From positions 11,139 through 75,138 of the forward strand of contig JAGAMB010000064.1 of the NCBI GenBank assembly GCA_017624895.1: a stretch of 64,000 bases of DNA, given 5' to 3'. The translations under genes and the position numbers were made by a program. The DNA comes from Ruminococcus sp. Lineage in GTDB: Bacteria; Bacillota; Clostridia; Oscillospirales; Ruminococcaceae. Shown in pieces: positions 30,358-40,318 of this stretch (its first letter is position 1; every line of letters starts with the position of its first letter). Below the pieces are notes generated by a model, which worked only from the letters and a program-made list of their open reading frames with translations, did no database searches and had not been told where the DNA came from.

Positions 30358-31412
30358 ATTGAAAAACCTCCAAACTGTTTATTTTCCTGCTTAAGCTGTT
30401 TAGCAATCTTCTTTCTCTGCTTCTTCTTAGCAATTTCATCCTTATCACGAGTCATATAGAATGCGATACATCCAAGTACGAGAGTGATGAAGAACAGGAG
30501 AACGGAAGCCGCACCTGCAAGTCCCATTTTGTTCTCGTCCATCTGAGCGTGGAAATACTCGTAAATAAGAACAGCAATTGTACGGAGATGATCGCTGACA
30601 GGTACACCATTGTGATAAAGGAAAGGAATATCGAACATCTGGAGACCACCGATCATAGATGTTACAAGTGTGTAAGCCATAATAGGTGTAAGGAGTGGCA
30701 GAGTAATCTTTCTGAAAACCTGACCGGAGCTTGCACCGTCGATGCTTGCAGCCTCGAAAAGTGATGGGTTGATACCCTGAATACCTGACATGAGCATGAT
30801 CATAGTATTACCAAACCACATCCATGTCTGAATGAACATAACAACAACTCTTGACTGCCATACACCATTTACAAACGGGATAGGAGTATAGAGTTTTGAT
30901 GCTTCGTTGTACTCAACAATGCCCAGCTTGTTAAGAAGAATGTTCAGAACGCCGGGGTTGGATTCTGACTGTCCGCAAAGCTGAAGGAAAAGGACTGCAA
31001 CTGATGCAGCTGTGATAATGTTTGGAAGGTACATTACAACCTTGAAAAATCCCTTTCCGGGAATCTTCAGATTTGCCTCTGTGAACCATACAGCAAGTGA
31101 AAGTGAAAGCGCGATCTGTGGAACGAAGTTACCGATCCAGAGAATAACGGTATTTCTCAGTGCTGTGAAAAATGCCTTGCTTATAACCGCCTCACGACGG
31201 CTGCCGCTGCTTCCAAAGAGAAGAGTCTTGTAGTTTTCGAAACCCACAAAACTGTCTACCTCAGGACCATTACCGTAAAAGCTTACAATAAATGTATTGA
31301 TCAGAGGATATAACTGGAAAAAGAAATAAACAAGAAAAAACGGCAGAATAAATATATAGCCGTATTTTGCATAGCTGATTGATTTAATACGTCTCTGCGC
31401 AGCTGATGCCAT
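30354..31412 (-). CDS. Carbohydrate ABC transporter permease (MalF-type)
   Basis: FVGFENY, EAASIDGA, ITLPLL.P; start moved to ATG 31412. Confidence 0.93.
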   Translation of the reverse strand: MASAAQRRIKSISYAKYGYIFILPFFLVYFFFQLYPLINTFIVSFYGNGPEVDSFVGFENYKTLLFGSSGSRREAVISKAFFTALRNTVILWIGNFVPQIALSLSLAVWFTEANLKIPGKGFFKVVMYLPNIITAASVAVLFLQLCGQSESNPGVLNILLNKLGIVEYNEASKLYTPIPFVNGVWQSRVVVMFIQTWMWFGNTMIMLMSGIQGINPSLFEAASIDGASSGQVFRKITLPLLTPIMAYTLVTSMIGGLQMFDIPFLYHNGVPVSDHLRTIAVLIYEYFHAQMDENKMGLAGAASVLLFFITLVLGCIAFYMTRDKDEIAKKKQRKKIAKQLKQENKQFGGFSI

Positions 31413-31458
31413 AACACACACCCTCTCGGAATAATTTTTAACTATACACAAATACACA

Positions 31459-31487
31459 CCTACGGAATACGCTATGTATTCCGTAGG
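31459..31487 (-). promoter_or_regulatory. Intercistronic stem-loop between the SBP and permease genes
   Basis: Perfect 12-bp stem CCTACGGAATAC/GTATTCCGTAGG, no U-tract. Confidence 0.7.
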
Positions 31488-31528
31488 GTATATTGCTATT
31501 TAGTTGTTAGACAATTCAGTTAGCAGAA

Positions 31529-33001
31529 TTATTCAACGTCAATAGTTGTGATGTGCTCAGCAACGAGATCCTTGAATGTCTCAAGTGACTCCTCGTATGT
31601 CTTGCCACCCTCGAGGTGCTGCTCCTTGATAGCCTTCATGAAGTCAGCCTTGATTGTTGCATCGTAAGCTGTGATAAGACCATTGAAGTCAATTGTCTTA
31701 GCATTCTCAGCGAGAACTGCAAAGTAGTTCTGACCATCCTTGAAGTTGTTGGAGATCTTCTCGTTAAATACTGTGTTGGAGCTGATAAGGCTATCCATTA
31801 CAGCTGTGTTGTTTACGTACTCAGGCTTGTTCTTAGCATACTCAGCCATCTGCTCTTCGTCAGAAGCAGAGTTGATGATGAACTCACGAGCCTCTTCACC
31901 GTTGTCAGTAGCAGGATTAACAACGATCCATGTACCGCCCCAGTAGTAAGGTGTTGGTCCCTGAACGACGTTCCAGTTACCGTACTCAGCACCGCCTACG
32001 CCGCCAGCTGCGTCGAGGAAGAAGTCACCGAAGCCCCATGTAGATACGAAGTAACCCATAGCGTTACCTGTTGTACCAGCTGCTGTCCAGTCTGTGGACC
32101 ACTGCTCGTTCTTTGTTACGCCGCCCATATCCCAGAGCTGCTTAGCTGTGCTTGCGAATTCCTCGCAGAAAGAGTCGATCTGGAGTGCGTTGTCAACAAC
32201 CCAAGGTGTAGAACGTCCGCAAGCGAATGCCTGCCACATACCACCGAGAGAGTCAGCAAGTGCAACACCGCCGCTTGTCTTGTCGCTAACTTCCTTAGCT
32301 GTCTCAACGAACTTGCCCCAGTCAGCAACCTTAGCCTGCATATCCTCAGGTGTTGTTACACCGAGGTACTCCTCAGCGAGTCTTGCGTTGTATGCAAAAC
32401 CACCTGCAGCAGCCTGCCAAGATACACCCTTACGAACACCGTTGCTATCCTTACCGATAGCATCTGTGTAGCTGTGGATGTTGGGGAAATCTGCGTCTGT
32501 AAGACCGAGCTTATCGAGAGCAAGTGTCTTGGAATCGTCGTTGATGTACTTGAGAGCCCAGTCAGCCTCTACGAAGTATACGTCGAGGTCATCGCCGGAA
32601 GCGAAGAGCTGATCGTAGTTCTCGGAAGCCTCGCCGCCGCCTACACCGAAGGAGATGAAGTCTACGCCTTCAACTTCGTCGTTTGTGAGCTTATCAGCAA
32701 CTGTCTCATAGTCAAGGCCCTTCCACTGAGCAATGAGGTAAGGAGCGTCATCAGGGTTCCAAGCAGCAACTGTGAATGTGCCACCGCCAACGCCTACTGA
32801 AGCGTCGATTGCGCTGGAATCAGCAGCAGGCTCACTGCTGTCATCAGGTGTAGACTCCTCAGGTGCATCTGTAGCAGCCTCTGTAGCCTCAGGTGTGGAT
32901 GAAGATGAACCCTCGTCTTCCTTAGGTCCGCAGCTTGCAAATGCTGTAGCAGCCATTGCAAGAGTAGCAACTAATGCTAATGTTCTCTTAAGTGTGTTCA
33001 T
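31529..33001 (-). CDS. Carbohydrate ABC transporter substrate-binding lipoprotein
   Basis: Lipobox FASC, Ser/Thr/acidic linker, WGGTW; strong codon bias suggests high expression. Confidence 0.92.
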   Translation of the reverse strand: MNTLKRTLALVATLAMAATAFASCGPKEDEGSSSSTPEATEAATDAPEESTPDDSSEPAADSSAIDASVGVGGGTFTVAAWNPDDAPYLIAQWKGLDYETVADKLTNDEVEGVDFISFGVGGGEASENYDQLFASGDDLDVYFVEADWALKYINDDSKTLALDKLGLTDADFPNIHSYTDAIGKDSNGVRKGVSWQAAAGGFAYNARLAEEYLGVTTPEDMQAKVADWGKFVETAKEVSDKTSGGVALADSLGGMWQAFACGRSTPWVVDNALQIDSFCEEFASTAKQLWDMGGVTKNEQWSTDWTAAGTTGNAMGYFVSTWGFGDFFLDAAGGVGGAEYGNWNVVQGPTPYYWGGTWIVVNPATDNGEEAREFIINSASDEEQMAEYAKNKPEYVNNTAVMDSLISSNTVFNEKISNNFKDGQNYFAVLAENAKTIDFNGLITAYDATIKADFMKAIKEQHLEGGKTYEESLETFKDLVAEHITTIDVE

Positions 33002-33229
33002 TGGTTATTTCCTCCTTAATTATGTGTTATACTCACTATGAGTACAACTCTGTGAAAAAATGATTACGGCATACTAAAACTTGCGGATCTGCTCAATATG
33101 ATTGTTCTCAAACCGACAGCTGCCGCTAATTATTTCAGCCGTTTTTTACAAGACTTTATAAGTCAATGTAATTGTAAGAGCATACATTCCCATTACCTAA
33201 AGGGGATACTCTGCTCTTGCTGTAATTAA

Positions 33230-33258
33230 AATATACCCTATTTTTCGTTTAAAGTCAA
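33230..33258 (-). promoter_or_regulatory. Sigma-A promoter of the sugar ABC operon
   Basis: TTGACT-17nt-TATATT, about 225 nt upstream of the ATG. Confidence 0.6.
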
Positions 33259-33461
33259 TCCTTTGTAGCGTTCTTTAATATTTTTTGAACACTCTGTACA
33301 CTTTCAACACTATTTTCTTGTATATTTTCACATATTCTTTTTTAAAATATTACAATTCAGTAACATACTTTTTGCACCTTATTCTACAAACAGTTTTCAA
33401 TTCTTTTATATCTTTTTACCAACATCCCAAATACTTCCACCTTATTTATCCCTGTATTTGG

Positions 33462-35597
33462 TTATTTTGTTGACCTTTCAGCATAAATTTCCAATATGCG
33501 GCTTGCATCGGAGGAGTCAACAGATTTATCGCCATTCATGTCGCTATAGTCATAAATTGCTTTTTTAATAATCCCTGCCCCTCCTGTGGAGATATCAGCA
33601 TAATGTGAAAGAACCATACTCGCGTCGGAGGAATCTACAGCGCCGTCGGCATTAACATCACCATTTTCAACGATAAAATCCGCTGCTATATAGCTTCTTT
33701 CAGTATAGCTTTCAAAATCAACCGTAGCCGATACATAGCTGTAACCATTTAATTCAAGCGGCTCTGTATATTCAGTATATTCACTGCCATTGATCGAATA
33801 GTACACCGTTGAACCATTCTTTACTGACAGCTCAATCCTCTCCCCTGTGGGAATGTATCCTGTCATATGGCTGAAATCCACAGTATTTATGGGATTTGCC
33901 AGCACCTTCATCGCAACATTTCCTATAGCAATTGACAGATCGCAGTTATTGAAAGACTCCTCATAGAAGCTATAAATAATCTCTGCTTCTTCCAGAAGAT
34001 CAGTTTCCTCAGGGTATATATCTTCAAAAAGCTGTTCTTCAAGCTGTTTCAGGATCTCAGCCTTTTCCTCATCATTATAAGTCATATCATTGCCTGCAAT
34101 ATCAAGCCATTCAGTACCATCCGAGCTGCAGAAGCTTTCATTAACTCCTGTATTAGACTTTATGCCGTCATATGTGGTATAAGTGCCAAGCGGAATTATC
34201 TCGTCAGCATAACCTCCGTGAATATAAAGAACTGATTCAATGGGTATAACATAAGGTGATTCTGCACAGTATAGCTTCATTACCGCCGAAAAGCGCTCTC
34301 CTTCTTCAACAATTACATCCTCGTCCAGCTCAATCGTAACCGTTCCCGAAAGATCCACTACTCCCTTTGTAACAGCAGAGGCTTGTCCCGATGTGGGATC
34401 TGTTTCATCTGTAAGACCGCTGTATATGGTTATTTCATACTCTGTAGCAGAACAGGGTATATTCACAAGAATGGCTTCAAGCTGCATATCCTCCTCGGCT
34501 GTAAAGATATTCGCCATATACGACGGCTCATTAACGTTCCTGTCATCAGCGGCTGACATCGACTGCAAAGGCACATATGTATCGTGATGGTAATTATACT
34601 TGTAGTTTTCGGCATCCTCAAGCTCAAAGGCTGCAAATTCACAAAGGGAAGTATCATCATATGAAATCCACATATAGCCTTCGTCAAATTCATCTTCGCC
34701 CCAGCTGTTCTTTATAAGCCATGCACCATCATTTTCCGCAGGTACTTTAAAATTCTCCTTCGGGAAATTGTCATCCCATCCGGCAATCGCAACAGAATGG
34801 CTTGCATACTTCGGTCTTCTCACGCTTCTGGTGGAATTATATACATCGCTGTAATATTTCTCAGAGTCTGACTGGAATGAAACATCAACAGCAAGTCCGC
34901 TGTAGACTAATTCCTTTATAATATGGTTTACCTCATCAGCATTTGATCTTTCTTTATTATAATCAAATAGATAAGCATTTTTCAGGTGATAATCACTTTG
35001 GAATTTCAGCTCCGCCACAGCTTCTTCATCTTTAAAGAAGCTAAGTTCATCATATGGCAATCGGCTTTCAAAGACGGGCCCTATCCATTGCGACCACAAA
35101 TTTAACGCCATAAATGAAGTGCCGCCAAATTCAAGGATATCAACGACGCTGCCGTCAAAGGAAATCTGATCATCGCCGTAAAATGTGTAATATGATGTGT
35201 GAAGCTCTGACAGATCAACATCCGGATTATACCTTTTTATCGACGATTCCCCTGATGCCACTGCAGAATGAGCCCAGCAGGTACCGTAAGCTCCCTGATT
35301 TTTAACAGGTGTCATACAGTTGATACTGCGGAGGTCAAAGCTTTCAGGAAGATCTTCCACTCCCCTTTTCATTGCTGAATATCCGCCTATACTGCCGGTT
35401 GCAGGCTTCATCACAATCTCTCCGCTTTCAAGAGTATCAGCAATGTCGAATTTCGGCGCAGATAGAGAAAATCCGCTTACCGACGCTTCTTTCGCAACAG
35501 GCTCTGTATTGATTTCCACAGCAGCCGATGAATACAGCGGCAGCGCCGAACAGACTGCCGCAAGTGAAGCTGCTGCGGCATATCTTATTTTTTTCAT
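33462..35597 (-). CDS. Secreted C1A (papain-like) cysteine peptidase with lectin-like domain and C-terminal dockerin
   Basis: Signal peptide; VKNQG..GTCWA, HSVAIAGWDD, IKNSWG; two dockerin repeats GDVNADGAVDSSDAS and DMNGDKSVDSSDAS. Confidence 0.92.
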   Translation of the reverse strand: MKKIRYAAAASLAAVCSALPLYSSAAVEINTEPVAKEASVSGFSLSAPKFDIADTLESGEIVMKPATGSIGGYSAMKRGVEDLPESFDLRSINCMTPVKNQGAYGTCWAHSAVASGESSIKRYNPDVDLSELHTSYYTFYGDDQISFDGSVVDILEFGGTSFMALNLWSQWIGPVFESRLPYDELSFFKDEEAVAELKFQSDYHLKNAYLFDYNKERSNADEVNHIIKELVYSGLAVDVSFQSDSEKYYSDVYNSTRSVRRPKYASHSVAIAGWDDNFPKENFKVPAENDGAWLIKNSWGEDEFDEGYMWISYDDTSLCEFAAFELEDAENYKYNYHHDTYVPLQSMSAADDRNVNEPSYMANIFTAEEDMQLEAILVNIPCSATEYEITIYSGLTDETDPTSGQASAVTKGVVDLSGTVTIELDEDVIVEEGERFSAVMKLYCAESPYVIPIESVLYIHGGYADEIIPLGTYTTYDGIKSNTGVNESFCSSDGTEWLDIAGNDMTYNDEEKAEILKQLEEQLFEDIYPEETDLLEEAEIIYSFYEESFNNCDLSIAIGNVAMKVLANPINTVDFSHMTGYIPTGERIELSVKNGSTVYYSINGSEYTEYTEPLELNGYSYVSATVDFESYTERSYIAADFIVENGDVNADGAVDSSDASMVLSHYADISTGGAGIIKKAIYDYSDMNGDKSVDSSDASRILEIYAERSTK

Positions 35598-35617
35598 AAA
35601 TTATTCCTCCATTTATA

Positions 35618-35648
35618 GATAATGCAGAGGAGTGCCCTCTGCATTATC
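35618..35648 (-). promoter_or_regulatory. Intercistronic stem-loop upstream of the peptidase RBS
   Basis: 13-bp stem GATAATGCAGAGG/CCTCTGCATTATC without U-tract. Confidence 0.6.
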
Positions 35649-35649
35649 G

Positions 35650-36429
35650 CTATTCAGAAACAAGGCAGTACATTATACCAAACCACTCTCTTATCCAGTA
35701 AGTCGGCAGAAGCCAGCTTTCGGTTTCAGCTGAAATATTATACGCCTTTATTCCCAGACGCTTTGCATATATATCAGCGCGGAGCTGATGATAACCGTCA
35801 GTTACTATAGTTATATCCCCACACAGCCCATCTTTGTCAATTATTTCTTTTGAAAAGCGGAGGTTTTCCTCTGTACTTGTGGATTTGTCCTCCATAAAGA
35901 TACGGCTTTCCGCAATTCCCTTATTCAGCAGATACTTCCGCATAACATCGGCTTCACTTGTGACCTCGTCGCTGCCCTGCCCTCCCGATACAATAACTTT
36001 TACATCGCTATTTTCCGATAGATAATCATAGGCGGCATCAAGTCTGTGTTTCAGCATTCGGCTTGGTGTTTCACCTCTGATCTGACAGCCGAGAACAACA
36101 AGTGTAGTCGTTTTGTCCTTTGGCTTGTCGTTCATCTCCTTTGCCATAAAACAGCTTATAACAACTGCGCCGATAAGACATACTCCTGTCAGACTGCCTG
36201 CCGTTACAAGAAATATCCTGCCTCCGTTATGCTGCCACATACGGCTGAACATATCCGCAAAGGTGCGACGGAATATTACCATAAATAACAGTATAACAGA
36301 TACTGCTACACCTGTGATATTGCCGATATTCACAATAGCCGAAAACATCGGTGTCATAAAGTGAATTGCCGCCATAATAAGTAATATTGCTGCGACTATC
36401 CTTATGATTATTTCTGCTGTCAATTTCAT
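35650..36429 (-). CDS. YdcF/ElyC/SanA (DUF218) family membrane protein
   Basis: VVLG, RL..A, VSGGQG.DE..SEA, E..STST.EN, H..RA, RE. Confidence 0.92.
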   Translation of the reverse strand: MKLTAEIIIRIVAAILLIMAAIHFMTPMFSAIVNIGNITGVAVSVILLFMVIFRRTFADMFSRMWQHNGGRIFLVTAGSLTGVCLIGAVVISCFMAKEMNDKPKDKTTTLVVLGCQIRGETPSRMLKHRLDAAYDYLSENSDVKVIVSGGQGSDEVTSEADVMRKYLLNKGIAESRIFMEDKSTSTEENLRFSKEIIDKDGLCGDITIVTDGYHQLRADIYAKRLGIKAYNISAETESWLLPTYWIREWFGIMYCLVSE

Positions 36430-36437
36430 TTCCTATC

Positions 36438-37274
36438 CTATTTCTTTCTTGCTGTTAATTTTATTATCCTTTCGATTTCCTCAAATTCGGTGCTTTCGCT
36501 GCCTAAATGAGTAGGCACGGAATTGTAAAGACCATGAAAATCTGATCCTCCTGTACGGATAAGCTCATATTTATCAGCAATTTTTCTAAGCTCATCACGA
36601 TATGCCTCGTCAGCAGAATAATGGCCTATTTCAACACCGTCGATCCTGCCATTTTCCGCAAGATCCTCCAAAAGCTCAATATTGTCATACTGTGCAGGGT
36701 GAGCAAGAACAGCTGCACCGCCTGAAAGATGTATAAGGTCAATTACAAAATTTACATCGGGATATTCACGCTCCACATAGCAGGAACCTGTTTTCGGATT
36801 GAAAAGCTCACTATCAAGTTCACCGTAAAATTCAAGAGCATAGCCGTAATCAATCAGAGCGCGCATAATATGCTGCTTAAAGATACTCTTTGACGAAGTG
36901 GTGTGCTTTAATATACTTTCTAAAGTTATAGGAAATTTCGCCATGACCTTTTCTATCATTTCCTTTGAAGTCTGCTTTCTGATTTCACAGCATTTAAGGC
37001 AAAGTCCCTCAAGTCGGTCGGGCTTCTGGGGATTATAGCAGAGAACATGGACTTTTCTGCCTCTTTCCTTATCCCATGCTGACAGCTCAACGCCGTGAAG
37101 TATCTTAATTCCTGCACGATTGGCAAGAACATCTGCACGGGAAAAAGAAGCCATTGTATCATGGTCGGTTATGGAAAGCCATTCCACACCTGTACGCTGT
37201 GCCTGAGCAATAACGTCCTCAATTCCGAGAGAGCCGTCTGAAAGCTTTGTATGGCAATGTAAGTCGCAAATCAT
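36438..37274 (-). CDS. PHP domain metal-dependent phosphoesterase
   Basis: DLHCHT..SDG, ITDHD, GVELS, LAHP, GGSDFHG. Confidence 0.93.
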   Translation of the reverse strand: MICDLHCHTKLSDGSLGIEDVIAQAQRTGVEWLSITDHDTMASFSRADVLANRAGIKILHGVELSAWDKERGRKVHVLCYNPQKPDRLEGLCLKCCEIRKQTSKEMIEKVMAKFPITLESILKHTTSSKSIFKQHIMRALIDYGYALEFYGELDSELFNPKTGSCYVEREYPDVNFVIDLIHLSGGAAVLAHPAQYDNIELLEDLAENGRIDGVEIGHYSADEAYRDELRKIADKYELIRTGGSDFHGLYNSVPTHLGSESTEFEEIERIIKLTARKK

Positions 37275-37355
37275 AATATACCTCCCGCGTATATTTTCAA
37301 CAAATTATATTCACAATTTCATAGAAAATTTACTATCAAAAATTTTATGGCTATA

Positions 37356-37384
37356 ATTATATCACACTTCACGACAAATTGCAA
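37356..37384 (-). promoter_or_regulatory. Sigma-A promoter of the PHP gene
   Basis: TTGCAA-17nt-TATAAT with extended -10 TG. Confidence 0.65.
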
Positions 37385-37429
37385 GCTTTTTTGTGCTTTT
37401 TCACAATATTTTCATTTAGTAAATTAATA

Positions 37430-37455
37430 CAGCACCACGGTAAATTGCGGTGCTG
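37430..37455 (-). terminator. Possible terminator downstream of rsmI
   Basis: CAGCACCGC...GTGGTGCTG stem followed by TATTAATTT. Confidence 0.5.
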
Positions 37456-37462
37456 ATAATTT

Positions 37463-37622
37463 ATACCAATCCCTAAAATGTTAGTAGACAAAGATGATGA
37501 GCAAAAATGATGTATGTCAAGGCGGACGACGAAAGCATACTGCCGTATGGTGAGGATGTCCAACGATGACATACAGCATTTATGCCATTAGATTTGTCTA
37601 CTGTTGTTTCAGGGATTGGTAT
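37463..37622. repeat. 160-bp palindromic MITE/ERIC-like element (family A, full copy)
   Basis: Terminal IR ATACCAATCCCT/AGGGATTGGTAT, nested internal IRs, central GCATAC-TGCC-GTATG; right half recurs at 55643-55706. Confidence 0.85.
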
Positions 37623-37661
37623 TATATATTGATGCTTTGAACTGTCCATCACCCGAAGCCG

Positions 37662-38486
37662 TTACTGCAAAGCCGCATACAGCTCCGATTTTCTGAATCC
37701 CGTTTCCTTTGCAACAGCTTTGCAGGCTTCCGTAGGCTTTTCGCCTTTTTCTATAAGCCGCTTCACCTGCTCCATAGCCTGTTCAAGGGTAATTTCCTCG
37801 CTGTCTGCGGTATTTTTCCCCTCTAAAACAAGTACAAATTCCCCTCTCGGCTCGGTAGTATTGTAATACTCCACCGCCTCTGAAAGGGTGAATCTGATAA
37901 CTTCCTCATGAAGCTTTGTAATCTCACGGCAAATGGCTATTCTACGCTCTCCGCCGAAAAAATCCACCATATCTGCAAGGGTATTTTTCAGCTTATGGGG
38001 AGCTTCGTAAAAAATCATTACCGCCGTTTCATTCCGCAGAAGTTCAAGCCTTTCCTGTCGCTCTTTTTTCGGCACAGGGAGAAATCCCTCAAAGGTAAAA
38101 CGGTTTATGTGCAGTCCTGACAATGCCGCCGCTGATGCTGCTGCCGTAGGTCCGGGGACTACCCTCACATCAATGCCGTTTTCGTAGCACATACGCACAA
38201 GAACTTCGCCGGGGTCGGATATGCAGGGCATACCCGCATCTGTCACAACTCCGCAATTCTGTCCGCTTAAAATTCTGTCGATAATACGCTGTGCCTCGCT
38301 TTTACTGCTATGCTCGTGAAAGCTGACAAGCTCGTTTTTGATTTCACAGCGGTTGAGAAGTTTCAGCGTAACTCTCGTATCCTCGGCACAGATGAAGTCC
38401 ACTTCTTCCAGCAGACGCATCTGACGGAGAGTTATATCCTCCATATTGCCGATTGGCGTACCAATTATATAAAGTATACCACTCAT
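37662..38486 (-). CDS. rsmI: 16S rRNA (cytidine1402-2'-O)-methyltransferase
   Basis: TPIGN..DIT.R, AEDTR, DAGMP.ISDPG, FYEAPH, REITK.HEE. Confidence 0.97.
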   Translation of the reverse strand: MSGILYIIGTPIGNMEDITLRQMRLLEEVDFICAEDTRVTLKLLNRCEIKNELVSFHEHSSKSEAQRIIDRILSGQNCGVVTDAGMPCISDPGEVLVRMCYENGIDVRVVPGPTAAASAAALSGLHINRFTFEGFLPVPKKERQERLELLRNETAVMIFYEAPHKLKNTLADMVDFFGGERRIAICREITKLHEEVIRFTLSEAVEYYNTTEPRGEFVLVLEGKNTADSEEITLEQAMEQVKRLIEKGEKPTEACKAVAKETGFRKSELYAALQ

Positions 38487-39211
38487 TTATCGTCAGCCTC
38501 CTTTCCTGTGTCGTATATCTTCTGTAATTCTTCAGAAAATCCGTTTTCGCTGCGTATGTACAGCTGTGGCTCAACCTGCATAAATGGCTTTGAACCCTTT
38601 TTGCCCTCGATTAAAAACAGCCACGGTGCATCATCGGGAGTTTTAGAAACAAATCGTATACGCTTAGGCTCGATATTGTGATTTTTCATTGCAAAAATCA
38701 CATCGGAAAGCCTTTCTGGGCGGTTGCACACGCATAATCTGCCACCGAATTTCAACAGCTTTTCCGCCGCACCGCATACATCATCAATATTGCACATAAT
38801 CTCGTGTCGGGCAATTCTTTGTGCTGTTATAACGCTTTCAAAGCCTGCATTTACAGCCTTATATGGCGGATTACAGGTCACAAGATCAAGCTGACCAATG
38901 GGTGCGTCCTCCCACAGCTCCTTTAAATCGGCGCAAATGGGGATAATCCCCGAAATCTCGCTTTTTTCCATGCCCATGCGGAGCTGTTCAATCGCCCCCT
39001 CCTGTATATCCACCGCATATGTAACCTGCGGAGGACGTTTTTTCTGCATAATAAGAGGGATTATTCCGCAGCCTGTTCCTAAATCGCAGGCTTTGTCCTT
39101 CTGCCGATATCCCGAAAAATCCGCAAGCAGAAACGCGTCCGTGCCGAAACGGTGGTCGCTGCTTGCACATACATATATTTTATCTGTCAGTTTTTCAAAA
39201 TTATATTCCAT
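38483..39211 (-). CDS. tRNA1(Val) A37 N6-methyltransferase (YabB/TrmN6 family)
   Basis: FGTDA.LL, DLGTGCG, CNPPY, ARHE; upstream of rsmI. Confidence 0.9.
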   Translation of the reverse strand: MEYNFEKLTDKIYVCASSDHRFGTDAFLLADFSGYRQKDKACDLGTGCGIIPLIMQKKRPPQVTYAVDIQEGAIEQLRMGMEKSEISGIIPICADLKELWEDAPIGQLDLVTCNPPYKAVNAGFESVITAQRIARHEIMCNIDDVCGAAEKLLKFGGRLCVCNRPERLSDVIFAMKNHNIEPKRIRFVSKTPDDAPWLFLIEGKKGSKPFMQVEPQLYIRSENGFSEELQKIYDTGKEADDK

Positions 39212-39218
39212 ATTTCAC

Positions 39219-40292
39219 CTAAATAATCGTTCCTCCGCCTACGACAATATCGCCATCGTAGAATACTACAGCCTGTCCCGATGTAACAGCTCTTTGCGGC
39301 TCATCAAATTCCACAAGATATCTGCCGTCCTCTGTCTTTGAAAGAGTTGCGGCACAGTCTTTCTGGGAATATCTCGCCTTTGCTGTTATACGCATCGGCT
39401 CTGTTATTTTCTCCACAGAAATGAGATTTACATTTTCCGCAATAAGCGACATTGTGTAAAGGTCGCTTTCATCGCCTAAAACCACGGTATTCGTTTTACA
39501 ATCCTTTTTCACTACATAGGCAGGCTTTCCAAGAGCAATTCCAAGCCCTTTGCGCTGCCCAGGGGTGTAATTTATATGCCCCTTATGCTTGCCGAGGATT
39601 TTTCCCGACATATCCACATAATTTCCCGACTGTGCCTTTTCTCCTGTGAATTTCTCAATGAACTCCACATATTTTCCATCGGGAACAAAACATATATCCT
39701 GACTGTCAGGCTTATCCGCGTTTATAAGACCATTTTCAGCGGCAATCTCACGGACTGCCGATTTTTCCATATTTCCAAGTGGAAAAATGATATGTGCAAG
39801 CTGCTCCTGAGTGAGAGAATAGAGCATATATGTCTGGTCCTTGCTTCTGTCGGCGGAACGTTTCAGCAGATATCTGCCTCTTTTCTCGTCATATTCGCAA
39901 ACTGCATAATGACCTGTAGCTATGTAGTCACAGCCGTTTTTCTGTGCTATTTTCAGCATTTCCCCGAATTTAACACATCGGTTGCATTCAATACAAGGAT
40001 TGGGAGTTCTTCCGTTGAGATAGCTGTTACAGAAATATTCCATCACATATTTGCGGAAACATTCCTTCATATCTACGGTAATATACTGAAATCCCAGCTT
40101 TTCCGCAACTCTCTCAGCATCCCCTGCTCCCGATAAATTGCCGTTGTTTTTGGCATTTGTACAAACAGCAATATCGTCGTCAGAAAACATTTCAAGGGTA
40201 ACTCCAATGACCTCATATCCCTGCTCTTTCAGAAGCAAAGCGGCTGCAGAGCTGTCAACTCCACCACTCATTCCAATCATAACCTTTTTCAT
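39219..40292 (-). CDS. mnmA: tRNA 2-thiouridylase MnmA
   Basis: SGGVDS, TPNPC..CN, ATGHYA, KDQTY, DSQDICF, GQRKGLG. Confidence 0.97.
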   Translation of the reverse strand: MKKVMIGMSGGVDSSAAALLLKEQGYEVIGVTLEMFSDDDIAVCTNAKNNGNLSGAGDAERVAEKLGFQYITVDMKECFRKYVMEYFCNSYLNGRTPNPCIECNRCVKFGEMLKIAQKNGCDYIATGHYAVCEYDEKRGRYLLKRSADRSKDQTYMLYSLTQEQLAHIIFPLGNMEKSAVREIAAENGLINADKPDSQDICFVPDGKYVEFIEKFTGEKAQSGNYVDMSGKILGKHKGHINYTPGQRKGLGIALGKPAYVVKKDCKTNTVVLGDESDLYTMSLIAENVNLISVEKITEPMRITAKARYSQKDCAATLSKTEDGRYLVEFDEPQRAVTSGQAVVFYDGDIVVGGGTII

Positions 40293-40318
40293 AAGATACT
40301 CCTTATAATGAATAGAAT

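Noticed and set aside
31616-32800. 394-aa ORF antisense to the SBP gene (also the long antisense ORFs over alaS, dtd, CASDH, speE)
   Set aside because: Mirror frames of strongly codon-biased genes; no SD or recognisable motifs
33260-33461. 62-aa ORF and short CACCTTATT repeats in an AT-rich spacer
   Set aside because: Low-complexity sequence, no SD; two short copies are within chance
37369-37572. 67-aa minus-strand ORF
   Set aside because: Reads through the palindromic element and a promoter; no SD
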